Shown: positions 12,203-25,274 of the stretch, piece by piece
How the letters are laid out: the number at the start of each line of letters is the position of its first letter
How positions within the stretch are numbered: position 1 is the stretch's first letter
DNA from: Octopus sinensis
Lineage: Eukaryota
Direction of reading: 5' to 3'
Assembly (NCBI RefSeq): GCF_006345805.1
Contig: NC_042997.1
Span: forward strand, 208,754,001-208,818,000
DNA: 64,000 nucleotides
Position numbers and translations under genes: made by a program
Notes under the pieces: model-generated
What the model was told of the DNA's origin: nothing
The model's database searches: none
The model's input: the letters and a program-made list of their open reading frames with translations, nothing else

Positions 12203-13639
12203 GAGTGCTGGCTAAAATTTCTAGAAAATATTTGTAGAAACAAACTTAACAAAATAAAAAATCAGACAAGGCAAGAACATTCCTTGCATTTTGGCGTCAG
12301 AAAGAGACAGTGGGAGACAAAAACAAACTGATAGTATGTTAAGTGTTGATGATGGTGATGATGAATCTATTGATCTATGTCCACCTACAGTCAGGTCTTC
12401 CTTTCCATTCTGAAAATTAAGCCAGTTAGCCGCTCTGGCAACTAACTGGCAGCATGGAAGCCAGTTAGTTGCCAGAGCGGGTAACTGGCTTCTGTGCCGG
12501 TGGCATGTAAAAGGCACCATTCGAGCATGATCGTTACCAGCATCGCCTTACTGGCACCTGTGCCGGTGGCATGTGTAAAAAGATTCGAGTGAGGTTGTTG
12601 CCAGTACCGCCTGACTGGCACGTAAAAAGCACCCACCACACTCTCAGGGTGCTTGGCATTAGGAAGGGCATCCAGCTGTAGAAACTCTGCCAGATCAAGA
12701 TTGGAGCCTGGTGTAGCTATCTGGTTTGTCAGCCCTCAGTCAAAACCGTCCAACCCATGCTAGCATGGAAAGCTGGCCTTAAACGATGACGATGATGATG
12801 ATGAATTAGTGAAATCTGATTGCAGCATAAACGCAACACAAATGGCAGGAAACACAAGAATATACCCCCAATATTTAAGGAAGACTTTACCAAAATCTTT
12901 TATTCCTTATCAGTTGTATGTTAACTTCATTGGAAATATTCTACAAATAAATCTTATCTTAACTCTTCCCATACCCGTGTCTGGGGTAGAATTTCTACTG
13001 CCATTACCACCATTAATACTTCTGGCTATTCTCAACACAAACAAATCATCTTCTTAACCTTTAACCCGTTCGTCCAACACATTTCCCAGATCCTTGTCTT
13101 TCTCCTGATTTGCAAACCAACCAATTCAGATAATATACCAGATGTTACCCAAAATACGACATCAATTAGATCACCCGATAACGAAATCTGCATACAGAAA
13201 CTTGTAAGCTGTTTTAAGATAAACGACTAAAATTTGATAGCTGCCAGAAAGCGAACAGATCTTGGTGCCATAAATCATTTGAAGGAAGCCATTATGGATC
13301 AGCAAGAACAATCAATAAACAGAGGTTTGGAATAGGACAGGAGGAAATTTGTCATTATCTAAGCTAAGAAGTATCAAATTCGTTTGTCTTTGTGGACTAA
13401 AATAAAGCATAAGTTAGATTATGTAAGCAGGCTAGGGGCAATTAGGCCAGTAAAACTTTCTTCATAATACGGGGCAAAGTAAATGGATAAAGGAATCAAA
13501 GGACATTGTAAGAAATTTATTAGTAATAAAGAAAAGCCATGAATGAGAATCTGGTGAAGTTTATGTGCAGAGAATGTGTGAGAGAGAAAAAGATACATGG
13601 TGGGTGTGTGTGTGTGTGTTGCCTGTCTTGGCTTGGTTT

Positions 13640-13870
13640 CTTATTTCTTTACTACCCACAAGGGGCTACACACAGAGGGGACAAACAAGGACAGACAGAC
13701 GGATTAAGTCGATTACATCGACCCCAGTGCGTAAATGGTACTTATTTAATCGACCCCGAAAGGATGAAAGGCAAAGTTGACCTCAGCGGAATTTGAACTC
13801 AGAATATAGTGGCAGATGAAATACTGCTAAGCATTTTGCATGGCTTTCTAACGAATCTGCTGGTTCGCCA
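13640..13870 (-). mobile_element. SINE family B (central CCTTTCATCCTTTCGGGGTCGATTAAATAAGTACC domain, Meta-domain-like)
   Basis: Other copies at 47137-47365(+) and 51925-52152(+); fragments at ~14815-14920 and 26035-26420. Confidence 0.75.
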
Positions 13871-14422
13871 CCTTTTGGCATGGTTTCTATGGCTGGATGC
13901 CCTTCCTAATACCAACCAATTTACAGAATGTGTTGGGTGATTTTACGTGGCATTGGCACAGCCACAATTATGTAACATGGGCACAATTGTGTGGTACTGG
14001 CATGAGTACGTTTCATGCACACACACACATAGGCAGAGCATGGCTGTGTGGTAAGAAGTTTGCTTCCTAACCACATGGTTCTGGGTTCAGTCCCACTGCA
14101 TGGCACCTTGGCCAAGTGTCTTTTACTATAGCCTTGAGCCAACCAAAGCCTTGTGACTGGATTTGATAGACGGAAACTGAAAGAAGCCCATTGTATGCAT
14201 GTGTGTGTGTATTTGTGTGGGTCTCTTTGATCTCCCCCACCATCACTTGACAACCGATGCTGTTGTGTTTACATCCCCTTAACTTAGCGGTTCGGCAGAA
14301 GAGACTAATAGAATAAGTACTAGGCTTACAAAGAATAAGTCCTGAGGTCGATTTGTTCAACTAAAGGCTGTGCTCCAGTATGGCCACAATCAAATGACTG
14401 AAACATGTAAAAGAATAAAAGA

Positions 14423-14495
14423 GTATGGCTAGCTCAGTCGGTAGAGCACAAGACACTTAATCTCAGGGACATGGGTTCGAGCCCCATGTTGGGCG
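14423..14495 (+). pseudogene. tRNA-Lys(CTT) pseudogene
   Basis: GGCTAGCTCAGTCGGTAGAGCACAAGACACTTAATCTCAGGGACATGGGTTCGAGCCCCATGTTGGGCG closely follows the eukaryotic tRNA-Lys-CTT sequence. The 5' acceptor strand is degraded (GTAT for GCCC), U33 is changed to A, CpGs have decayed, and a T5 run follows at 14501-14505. Confidence 0.88.
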
Positions 14496-14934
14496 CAGTA
14501 TTTTTGTCTCAGGGAGACCATGACAAATGACCAAGACCTTTGGCAACATGCTGTGCTTGGGTAGAAGACCCATCAAGCCAAGTAAAATCCAACTCATAAC
14601 AAATACTAGAATCACACAACTGGCACCCCGTGCCAGTGGCACATAAAAGCACCCATTACACTCTCAGAGTGGTTGGCGTTAGGAAGGGCATCCAACAGTA
14701 GAAACCTAGCCAGATCAGACTGAAGTTTGGTGCAGTCCCTCAGCTTGCTAGCTCTGGTCAAAAGCCATCCAACCCATACAAGTATGGACAACAGATATTA
14801 AATGATGAGACCAATCGATTAGATCGACCCCAGTATGCAACTGGTACTTAAATTATCAACCCTGAAAAGATGAAAGGCAAAATTGACCTTGGCAGAATTT
14901 GAACTCAGAACATAAAGACAGACAAAATATATCA

Positions 14935-15115
14935 TGGCACTCTGTCAGTTGTGACAACGAGGGTTCCAGTTGATCTGATCAACAGAATAGCCTGTTCATG
15001 AAATTAACGTGCAAGTGGCTGAGCACTCCACAGACACGTGTACCCTTAATGCAGTTCTTGGGGAGATTCAGCGTGATGTAGAGTGTGACAAGGCTGGCCC
15101 TTTGAAATACAGGTA
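14935..15115 (-). mobile_element. SINE family D fragment (GAAATTAACGTGCAAGTGGCTGAGCACTCCACAGAC body)
   Basis: Related copies at ~7940-8040, 50090-50320(+) and 54190-54340(-). Confidence 0.7.
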
Positions 15116-16699
15116 CAAGGAGAAACAGGAAGAAAGAGTGAAAGAAAGTTGTGGTGAAAAGAGTACAGCAGGGTTCACCACCACCACCACCCTGCCGGAG
15201 CTTCGTGGAGCTTTAGGTGTTTTCGCTCAATAAACACTCATAACACCTGGTCTGGGAATCGAAACCGCGATCCTACAACTGCGAGTCTGCTGCCCTAACC
15301 ACTAGGCCACTGCACCTCCTCTGTAGTTACATAAGAGATTTTGACACATGAGAAGGGCTGATATAATTTCAAATGTCATTTTACTAAGGTGAACCACTCA
15401 ACCGTATCAGGATAACGACAAAGTACAAAGGAGGCCAACAATAATGAGAGCAGCTGGTAAATGGAAACCATCAACTCTTAACCATTCCTATAAGGTCCTG
15501 GGCTGGCTGGTCTTCTAGCCCCCCCCCCCCCCGATCCACTTGTCTCTCCATATCTCACCACCTAGCCCTGCACTAACCCCTATTCTCAATCCTTCCTCCT
15601 CGGTGTGTTATTCCTCTGGAATCTTCCCTCTGCTCATGTCTTTTCTATATATATATATATACACACACATGCATTCTCTTGAATCCTAGAAATATATATA
15701 TATATATGTATATATATGTCTTTATGTCTTTTCTATGTGTATATGTATATATATATATATATTTCTAGGATTCAAAAGAATGCATGTGTGTATATATATA
15801 TATATATATATAGATAGATAGATAGATAGATAGGTTGATAGATAGATAGATAGATAGAGAGATATATAGGTAGATAGGTAGATAGATAGATGGATGGATG
15901 GATGGATGGATATACACACACACATCCATTCTCTTGAAACCTAGAAATTTTTTACTTATATCACGATTGTTTAATGCCTGCCTTCTATGCTGGCATGGGT
16001 GGGACGGTTTGACAAGAGCTGACCAGGCAGAAGCCTGCACCAGACTTCTGTGACTGTTTTGGCAGGATTTTTACAGCTGGATGCCCTTCCTAACACCAAC
16101 CACTCAGTTGAGTAGACTTTTTACGTGGCACGAGCACAAGCAAAATCAGTTTTGGCAAGGTTCTTACAGCTGGATATCCTTCCAAATGCCCACCACTTTA
16201 CAGTGTGAACTGGGAGCTTTTAAGTGGCACCTTCACTGACAGGGTCACCAAGTACTTGCACAACAACAAAAAGAAATATATCCTGTCTCTTTCTCTTAGA
16301 TCTTTTCTCAAAGAAAATATTTCTCCAGCATTCACTATTTTTACCCTCATTCTGCTCTAACAACCCTCCATGTTTGTTTTTGTTCTTTTTCCTTATCTGT
16401 CTCCACTGTCCTGTTTTTACTCCCAACTTTGACCCTCCATAAGTCCCAAATTTTATTTTGGCACGTATGGGAGCAACTGTGTTCAAAGACTCAAATTGTC
16501 ATTCAATGCTCGAAATGTGGAGTAGACAGACAGCTGACAACTGATGAAGGGTCGTTCTTTATGTTACTTGTCCTGCCTTCTATTTGTTTCTCCCATTGTT
16601 TGCATATTGAACTCATTTGCTTTCATGTTGCTACTCTTTCTGGTAATGTCCTGTACCCATATATGCATATATATATATATATACAGAAATATAAATAAA

Positions 16700-17250
16700 C
16701 GCGAGTGAGTCAAAAGGTAATGCCATTTTGTTTAGGACAGGTATAATTACCAACACAGGAACATGTATCATACATCAAAATGAAGCTGGTCCTCTGAGGA
16801 TCACATCCCTACTTCTCAACATAGTCACCGTTTCTCTCAATAGCAATGTTCCACCTTCGAATGAGAGCGTGTATCCCTGCCCCGTAAAATTCTGTTGACT
16901 GTTCTTTGAGCCACTTCTTCACTACAGTTTTCACTTCCTCGTCACTGGACTATCATCTCTTCGGCCCCATGAAAGAGGGTTTGAGAGGCAAACATTATTC
17001 AAGCGGCGAAAAAGTGCATACTGTAGTGAAGAAGTGGCTCAAACAACAGTCAACAGAATTTTATGGGACAGGGATACATGCTCTCATTCGAAGGTGGAAC
17101 ATTGCTATTGAGAGAAATGGTGACTATGTTGAGAAGTAGGGATGTGATCCACAGAAGACCAGCTTCATTTTGATGTATGATACATGTTCCTGTGTTGGTT
17201 ATTATACCTGTCCTAAACAAAATGGCATTACCATTTGACTCATCCGATTC
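16700..17250. mobile_element. Palindromic mariner derivative made of two inverted 3' ends
   Basis: The right arm encodes DYHLFGPMKEGLRGKHY...FYGTGIHALIRRWNIAIERNGDYVEK*. The left arm is the reverse complement of the same 3' end. Junction near 16947. Confidence 0.9.
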
Positions 17251-17483
17251 TAGGTTGTCCGTTTATCAAATGAAGTAAGACAAATTTTTCATGTTTGTTG
17301 CACACACACGTCTTTCCCAGTAAATACGCAGTGAAGCTATACAATAGCGTTGTATTTGTATCGATTGCTATTTTCCAGTAAATATTTGGTGCCATGTTGT
17401 ACCACTTATCTGTTTTATATATATATATATATATATATATTTATGCATGTATATATATATTAAATATGTGTGCGTGTGTGTGC

Positions 17484-17518
<35 letters not shown>

Positions 17519-17825
17519 GTGTCTTATTATAGCAGTTCTGTAAACTTATGTACTATTTATAGTAGATATATAAATGTGTACTGAAATCTGTGTCAAGATA
17601 ATAGTCTGGCAACACAGTGTACACATCTGTGTGTGGGGGGGGGAAGGGCAGAGGAGAGGGGTAAATACTCTTCAAACTGACAATGAAACAATACTTAAGT
17701 AACACTTAAGATAACGATTGATTATGTAAATATCTAAGAGTGGGTATATTGGGATACTTGACTTTATAGCACAATTAATCATCCTCATCATCATCATCAT
17801 CATCATCAACAGTAGCAGCAGCAAG

Positions 17826-18215
17826 TGGAGGCGCAATGGCCCAGTGGTTAGGGCAGCGGACTCGCGGTTGGAGGATCGCGGTTTCGATTCCCAGACCGAG
17901 CGTTGTGTGTGTTTATTGAGCGAAAACACCTAAAGCTCCACGAGGCTCTGGCATGGGGGGGTGGCGACCCCTGTTGTACACTTTCGCCCCAACTTTCTCT
18001 CACTCTTTCTTCCTGTTTCTTGTCCCCGACTTCCTACGCAACCGCTGATAGCCTGGATGCGCATTCATCCATCTGTCGATGCTCTCGGTGTCGGGGGTTG
18101 ACCTGCTTTCTCTTCTGCGGGTCTTACGAATAGCAAAGGACCACGTTTTGGACTTTTCCCATCTTGCGAGCTCTGGGACGAAGACTGTTCGCTGAACAGC
18201 AACAGCAACAGCAAC
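17826..18215 (+). mobile_element. tRNA-derived SINE family C (GGAGGCGCAATGGCCCAGTGGTTAGGGCAGCGGAC head)
   Basis: Clear A and B boxes (GGTTTCGATTCCC). A full copy lies at 26815-27215(-); partial copies at 10185-10470(+) and 15115-15320(-). Confidence 0.88.
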
Positions 18216-19213
18216 ATTGATTGTCATCGTCATCATTGTTTTAACATCTGCTATTCCATGCTTGCACGAGTCAGATGAAAGAACACTGGAGAGAAGAGGG
18301 GCTTTGTCCCCTACAGCCTTTACTCTTTACTCTTTACTTGTTTCAGTCATTTGACTGCGGCCATGCTGGAGCACCACCTTTTAGTCGAGCAAATCGACCC
18401 CAGGACTTATTCTTTGTAAGCCCAGTACTTATTCTATCGGTCTCTTTTGCCGAACCGCTAAGTAACAGGGACATAAACACACCAGCAGCGGTTGTCAAGC
18501 AATGCTAGGGGGACAAACACAGACACACAAACATATACACACACACTTATATATATATACATATATACGACAGGCTTCTTTCAGTTTCCGTCTACCAAAT
18601 CCACTCACAAGGCATTGGTCGGCCCGGGGCTATAGCAGAAGACACTTGCCCAAGATGCCACGCAGTGGGACTGAACCCGGAACCATGTGGTTGGTTAGCA
18701 AGCTACTTACCACACAGCCACTCCTGCACCTGATGCTCTTCTTGATGCGATTGATTCCCTACCTGTTCCAATATGAGGAAATAATTTCCCAGTCTATCAA
18801 CAGCCAGGGGATATTGACATGGAGAAACAGCTTTGGAGCAAATAAAACAAAAGAAGGTCAAGTTTCTTTCTCATGTCTTGCTGATTCATAAGGGACGGTT
18901 TCCCGGTTTCATGGCATGCTAACATTTCTGCCAGCTTGCTGCCTTATCATCAGCATTATGTTTTTATCAGTAAATGGCATGTAGATTCAGGTAACAGATT
19001 TTTCTGATTTCTGTACCGGGCAGGCAAGCAGGCTGGCAGGCAGGCTATAGGTGTGACTGTGTGATTAAGGTCCAGTAATAAGGTTTCAAGTTCAGTCCCT
19101 CTTCATGACACCTTTGACATCTGCTTTCCACTATAACCCAAGGCCAATCAAAACCTTGTGAGTGAATTTGGTACATGGAAACTGAAAAAGGCCTGTTGTA
19201 TATGTATTAGATA

Positions 19214-19600
19214 CAGGGTGCAATGGGTAAATTGTTGTCACCTTATATTTTTAATTTCATACATATGCATTGTTTGTTTTTGGTTTTGTCCACTATACAG
19301 TATAGTAGGGTCAGTTGGGCACCGTCTGTGAGAAAAACAGCACCATGATGCAATTCAATCTGCCAGAAATTTTTAAACGACATGCTGTACTGTTTGGCAT
19401 TTGCACCGGAAGCTCCAATTCGAACATTTCAGTGTTTTGGTGTCAATCTGAGGACCGTGCAGAGGATTTGGAAAGAGTTGGATGAGTCTAAGGGTGATTA
19501 CAAAAGTACGGCAGCTCAGAAAACTCACTCTGATCATTCTGATAAGTAAAGAACTTCTGAATTTGTTGGTGAGATCCAAGCCAGGACTGACAAGATGAGT
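19214..19600 (+). mobile_element. Tc1/mariner-type 5' fragment (TIR plus N-terminus)
   Basis: Starts TA-CAGGGTG; decayed translation MMQFNLPE..KRHAVLFG...NLRTVQRIWKELDES. Confidence 0.6.
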
Positions 19601-19619
19601 CAATCAAACTAAAGACAGC

Positions 19620-19978
19620 TTATTAGCATGGTGATCTCATTCTTGCTCACAACATCATAAGCGGAAAGTGTAACCTCTTGAAAGAGCTGTTCTTCACTCC
19701 TACTCCAGAGTGTCGGCTGCGGGGTCATTCCGAAAAGCTCTATCTGTGACGATTTCATCTCAATCGAAGGAGAGGGGCTTTCTTCGTCCAGGTTGCGGAT
19801 CCGTGGAACAAGCTGCCTGACGAGATGGTGAAGATGCCGACGACTGCTTTGTTCAAAGCCTCCCTTGACCTCAAGTGGCCTGAAGTCTTTGCATGAACAC
19901 CACCCTGTACATAACTCCATGTCCCCCTACATGGCCTTGCTTTTTGCTTTTTGAGCCAAAAAATTAACTTAACTTCTT
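19620..19978 (+). mobile_element. CR1-type LINE 3' end; second shorter copy at 46085-46278 with (TAAC)n tail
   Basis: CRLRGHSEKL...RRGAFFVQVADPWNKLPDEMVKMPTTALFKASLDLKW, with a 3' UTR shared with 46085-46278. Confidence 0.82.
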
Positions 19979-20160
19979 AATCCTTTTTTCCCCTTGTGGA
20001 GCATAGGGCCTCAACAGTTGTTTTCCACTTTTTGCGGTCATTGGTGTTGTTCTTGGCTGCTTCCCATGTGAGGCCGGTGGTTCTGAGTTCATCCAAAATG
20101 CTCTGCTTCCATGTCTGCTTCGGGCGTCTCTGCTTCGTTTTTTCCCTGTGGGTTCCAATC
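19975..20160 (-). mobile_element. RTE LINE (second family) 3' end
   Basis: RRPKQTWKQSILDELRTTGLTWEAAKNNTNDRKKWKTTVEALCSTRGKKD*. Confidence 0.82.
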
Positions 20161-20169
20161 AAGTGATTG

Positions 20170-20420
20170 TTGAGTCAAGTGGAATCAGATGTACATGCCT
20201 GTGTGTGGCCTTGACGTGGCAGGGAGGCTTGCGTACACTCATGATCCCTAGAGCATGTGCCAGTGGGGGACGTGTTCCCCTGGTAGGTTTAACCTTGTTG
20301 GTTTGGTCGAAGAGGAGGAGTCAGACTAAAGTATACACATCGGCCCTCCAGATTTGGGGGTTATGCTACAGACTAACACCCTATACATGTAAAACAAAAC
20401 ACCTGTAACAGAAACCAACA
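20170..20420 (+). mobile_element. Probable RTE 5' UTR fragment
   Basis: GGAGGAGTCAGACTAAA...CCTCCAGATTTGGGGGTT...CTAACACCCT...GTAAAA resembles RTE 5' UTRs; recognised by pattern only. Confidence 0.5.
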
Positions 20421-20442
20421 ACAGTTCATTGAACACTGATTC

Positions 20443-20865
20443 AGCATGACCATAACGCGTCTCTAATGACTACATGTCTCAGTGGTGTTTAATCAGGTTA
20501 AGAGGATGGATGAGAATTAATTCAGTAATGCAATCATTCGATTGTTCCAGAACCAATTTAAATTCCAACTTCATGCCAATTTGTCCCAAGGTTATCTTTA
20601 CGTAAAATTTAATGAAGTGAATGTCAATTATCTCCCACTTGATCTCTCATTATCATCTGACAAATGCCAACCAGGATGGCCTGAATCAGCCAAGCTTTAC
20701 CTGCTAGAAATAGCAACCCAAATGCTTTTAAAACAGATCCCAATCAAATGAAGGGCAGATTTTCAATCCTAGGATCATTCTGATTCCAAAAAGGGTAAAA
20801 GGTGTCTATGTGGAGCAAATGTAGGCGGAGATACATGGGTCCCAGACGAACAGACAGAATTTCCC

Positions 20866-20903
<38 letters not shown>

Positions 20904-21698
20904 CTTATCCTCATCATCATCATTGTTTAACGTCTGCCATCCATGCTGGCATGGGTTGGACGGTTTGACAGGAACTGGCCAGGCTGGAGACTGCACCAGA
21001 TTTCTGTGTCTGTTTTGGCAAGGTTTTTATGGCTGGATGCCCTTTCTAATACCAACCACCCCAGAGAGTGGAATGAGTGCTATTTATGCGGCACCAGCAC
21101 AGGCAAGGCAAGCTTTGGTATGGTTTTTACAGCTGAATGCTCTTCCAAAATGCCAACCACTTTACAGTGTGGACTGGATACTGTTTACATGGCACCCGCA
21201 CTGGTGGACTCTGCACCGTACCACACTAGCAGGAGAAACCAGTCATGGATGTCAGACAATTTTTGCAACCACATCACTCTTAACATCTAGCCACCTAACT
21301 CCCCACCCTGCAACTCCTTGTAACACCAAAGATGAACTGAAGGCAAGGATTATGGCAGCATTCACTAATTTAAACAAGGAGACCGTCGTCTAGAAGAATT
21401 GCAGGAGATTCTAAACATTCCAAAGTTGTCTGGAGGCCATGGTTGAAGCCAATGGTGATTTTATTGAATAAATCTACTCTTTACTCTTACTCTTTTACTT
21501 GTTTCAGTCATTTGACTGCAGCCATGCTGGAGCACCGCCTTTAATCGAGCAACTCAACCCTGGGACTTATTCTTTTGTAAGCCCAGTACTTATTCTATCG
21601 GTCTCTTTTGCTGAACCACTAAGTAACGGGGACAAATACACACACCAGCATCGGTTATCAAGCAATGCTAGGGGGACAAACACAAACACACACGCACT

Positions 21699-21751
<53 letters not shown>

Positions 21752-23428
21752 GACAGGCTTTTTTCAGTTTCCGTCTACCAAATCCACTCACAAGTCTTTG
21801 GTAGGCTCGAGGCTATAGTAGAAGACACTTGCCCAAAGTGCCAAGCAGTGGAACTGAACCGGGAACCATGTAGTTGGTAAGCGAGCTACTTACCACACAG
21901 CCACTCCTGTGCCTAGTACTCTTTAGTATTTCAAGATATTTTAATGTAATTTTGGTAAATATATCTGTTAAAATGAGATGTCAGTGTTATTTTCATTTTT
22001 GCATAATTTACACAACATTATATTCACTGCATCCTATACACACACAGATTTACACACACCAACACACACACACACACACCCCACCCACACTAGCTTAAAA
22101 GCCACAGTCCATGCAGACTTTTAGGCTGGCTCCTGCAGAAGGTATTGGGCCTCTGGCCCCAAACTAAAGTAAACAAATTAGCATGACCATAACACATCTC
22201 TAATGACTATATGTCTCGGTGTTTAATCAGGTTAAGAGGATGGATGAGAATTAATTCAGTAATGCAATCATTCGATTGTTCCAGAACCAATTTAAATTCC
22301 AACTTTATGCCAATTTGTCCCAAGGTTATCTTTACGTAAAATTTAATGAAGTGAATGTCAATTATCTCCCACTTGATCTCTCATTATCATCTGACAAATG
22401 CCAACCAGGATGGCCTGAATCAGCCAAGCTTTACCTGCTAGAAATAGCAACCCAAATGCTTTTAAAACAGATCCCAATCAAATGAAGGGCAGATTTTAAT
22501 CCTAGGATCATTCTGATTCCAAAAAGGGTAAAAGGTGTCTATGTGGAGCAAATGTAGGCGGAGATACATGGGTCCCAGACGAACAGACAGAATTTCCCTT
22601 TTATTATTATTATTATTATTATATTATTATATCTTATCCTCATCATCATCATTGTTTAACGTCTGCCATCCATGCTGGCATGGGTTGGACGGTTTGACAG
22701 GAACTGGCCAGGCTGGAGACTGCACCAGATTTCTGTGTCTGTTTTGGCAAGGTTTTGTATGCTGGATGCCCTTTCTAATACCAACCACCCCAGAGAGTGG
22801 AATGAGTGCTATTTATGCGGCACACACCACAGGCAAGGCAAGCTTTGGTATGGTTTTTACAGCTGAATGCTCTTCCCAAAATGCCAACCACTTTACAGTG
22901 TGGACTGGATACTGTTTACATGGCACCCGCACTGGTGGACTCTGCACCGTACCACACTAGCAGAGAAACCAGTCATGGATGTCAGACAATTTTTGCAACC
23001 ACATCACTCTTAACATCTAGCCACCTAACTCCCCACCCTGCAACTCCTTGTAACACCAAAGATGAACTGAAGGCAAGGATTATGGCAGCATTCACTAATT
23101 TAAACAAGGAGAACCGTCGTCTAGAAGAATTGCAGGGATTCTAAACATTCCAAAGTTGTCTGGAGGCCATGGTTGAAGCCAATGGTGATTTTATTGAATA
23201 AATCTACTCTTTACTCTTACTCTTTTACTTGTTTCAGTCATTTGACTGCAGCCATGCTGGAGCACCGCCTTTAATCGAGCAACTCAACCCTGGGACTTAT
23301 TCTTTTGTAAGCCCAGTACTTATTCTATCGGTCTCTTTTGCTGAACCACTAAGTAACGGGGACAAATACACACACCAGCATCGGTTATCAAGCAATGCTA
23401 GGGGGACAAACACAAACACACACGCACT

Positions 23429-23469
<41 letters not shown>

Positions 23470-23767
23470 GACAGGCTTTTTTCAGTTTCCGTCTACCAAA
23501 TCCACTCACAAGTCTTTGGTAGGCTCGAGGCTATAGTAGAAGACACTTGCCCAAAGTGCCAAGCAGTGGAACTGAACCGGGAACCATGTAGTTGGTAAGC
23601 GAGCTACTTACCACACAGCCACTCCTGTGCCTAGTACTCTTTAGTATTTCAAGATATTTTAATGTAATTTTGGTAAATATATCTGTTAAAATGAGATGTC
23701 AGTGTTATTTTCATTTTTGCATAATTTACACAACATTATATTCACTGCATCCTATACACACACAGAT

Positions 23768-23811
<44 letters not shown>

Positions 23812-24316
23812 CTTAAAAGCCACAGTCCATGCAGACTTTTAGGCTGGCTCCTGCAGAAGGTTATTGGGCCTCTGGCCCCAAACTAAAGTAAACAAATTAG
23901 CATGACCATAACACATCTCTAATGACTATATGTCTCGGTGTTTAATCAGGTTAAGAGGATGGATGAGAATTAATTCAGTAATGCAATCATTCGATTGTTC
24001 CAGAACCAATTTAAATTCCAACTTTATGCCAATTTGTCCCAAGGTTATCTTTACGTAAAATTTAATGAAGTGAATGTCATTATCTCCCACTTGATCTCTC
24101 ATTATCATCTGACAAATGCAACCAGGATGGCCTGAATCAGCCAAGCTTTACCTGCTAGAAATAGCAACCCAAATGCTTTTAAAACAGATCCCAATCAAAT
24201 GAAGGGCAGATTTTCAATCCTAGGATCATTCTGATTCCAAAAAGGGTAAAAGGTGTCTATGTGGAGCAAATGTAGGCGGAGATACATGGGTCCCAGACGA
24301 ACAGACAGAATTTCCC

Positions 24317-24351
<35 letters not shown>

Positions 24352-24622
24352 CTTATCCTCATCATCATCATTGTTTAACGTCTGCCATCCATGCTGGCAT
24401 GGGTTGGACGGTTTGACAGGAACTGGCCAGGCTGGAGACTGCACCAGATTTCTGTGTCTGTTTTGGCAAGGTTTTTATGGCTGGATGCCCTTTCTAATAC
24501 CAACCACCCCAGAGAGTGGAATGAGTGCTATTTATGCGGCACCAGCACAGGCAAGGCAAGCTTTGGTATGGTTTTTACAGCTGAATGCTCTTCCAAAATG
24601 CCAACCACTTTACAGTGTGGAC
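20443..24622. repeat. Tandem triplication of a ~1.73-kb unit (2.4 copies)
   Basis: Unit starts AGCATGACCATAAC at 20443, 22180 and 23899. Each full unit contains an RTE-UTR piece, a mariner C-terminal fragment (21225-21475; 22955-23205: PCNTKDELKARIMAAFTNLNKE...EAMVEANGDFIE*) and a SINE-A. Confidence 0.95.
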
Positions 24623-24899
24623 TAGATGCTTTTCATGTGGCACCAACACTGGCAGGGACACCAAGTAACTTGCAAGACAAAGAAACATTGAGAGGGGCAG
24701 GGGAACAGGAGGAGGTGACCTTGTGTCAGATGATGAATGGTTATAGTGTGACAGAGAGACAGAAACAAGTGTCTTGCTGTAAAGGAGGTACAAGAACCTT
24801 TGAGACGGGAGGGAGCATCGGAGGAAGTGATCTTGTGTCTCCTTTGAATGATTAATTAAAACTTGAAATACGAAAGAGCTTTTGACTCACCTTGATATA

Positions 24900-25260
24900 T
24901 ATATGACCCACCCACATCTATGAAACTGAGTTCTAGAAGTGCTGTGTGTTGGAACACACAGCACTTCTAGGGAATGAGCCATGGCTTGGAAAAGGTGGTA
25001 ATCTGGTGGTGCAAGGTTTAGACCATAGGCAGGGTGAGGCAGCACTTCTAGCTCCTCAAGTTCTTTGAGTTTGTGCTTGGTAACATCAATAGTGTATGCT
25101 GAGGAAGTGCCATGTTGTAAGAGCATGTGTCTTTGATTGACCAATTCTGGGTAGGGTGCTTTCAAAGAATCATATTCTCACTACAGTTGTTGAGCATAAA
25201 GGTTGGCATTCACAGCAGGACCATGTGGGATAAGCTCAAACAGCAACTGCACCTTGAAAT
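24900..25260 (-). mobile_element. Mariner transposase fragment
   Basis: ELEVLPHPAYGLNLAPPDYHLFQAMAH resembles the mariner HPxYSPDLAPSDYHLF motif. Confidence 0.85.
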
Positions 25261-25274
25261 TCCACCAAATGTAC

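Noticed and set aside
20542-20751. 69-aa ORF repeated in the tandem unit
   Set aside because: It has no recognisable homology, is disrupted in copy 3, and overlaps a common short repeat motif (GCTATTTCTAGCAGG on the minus strand).
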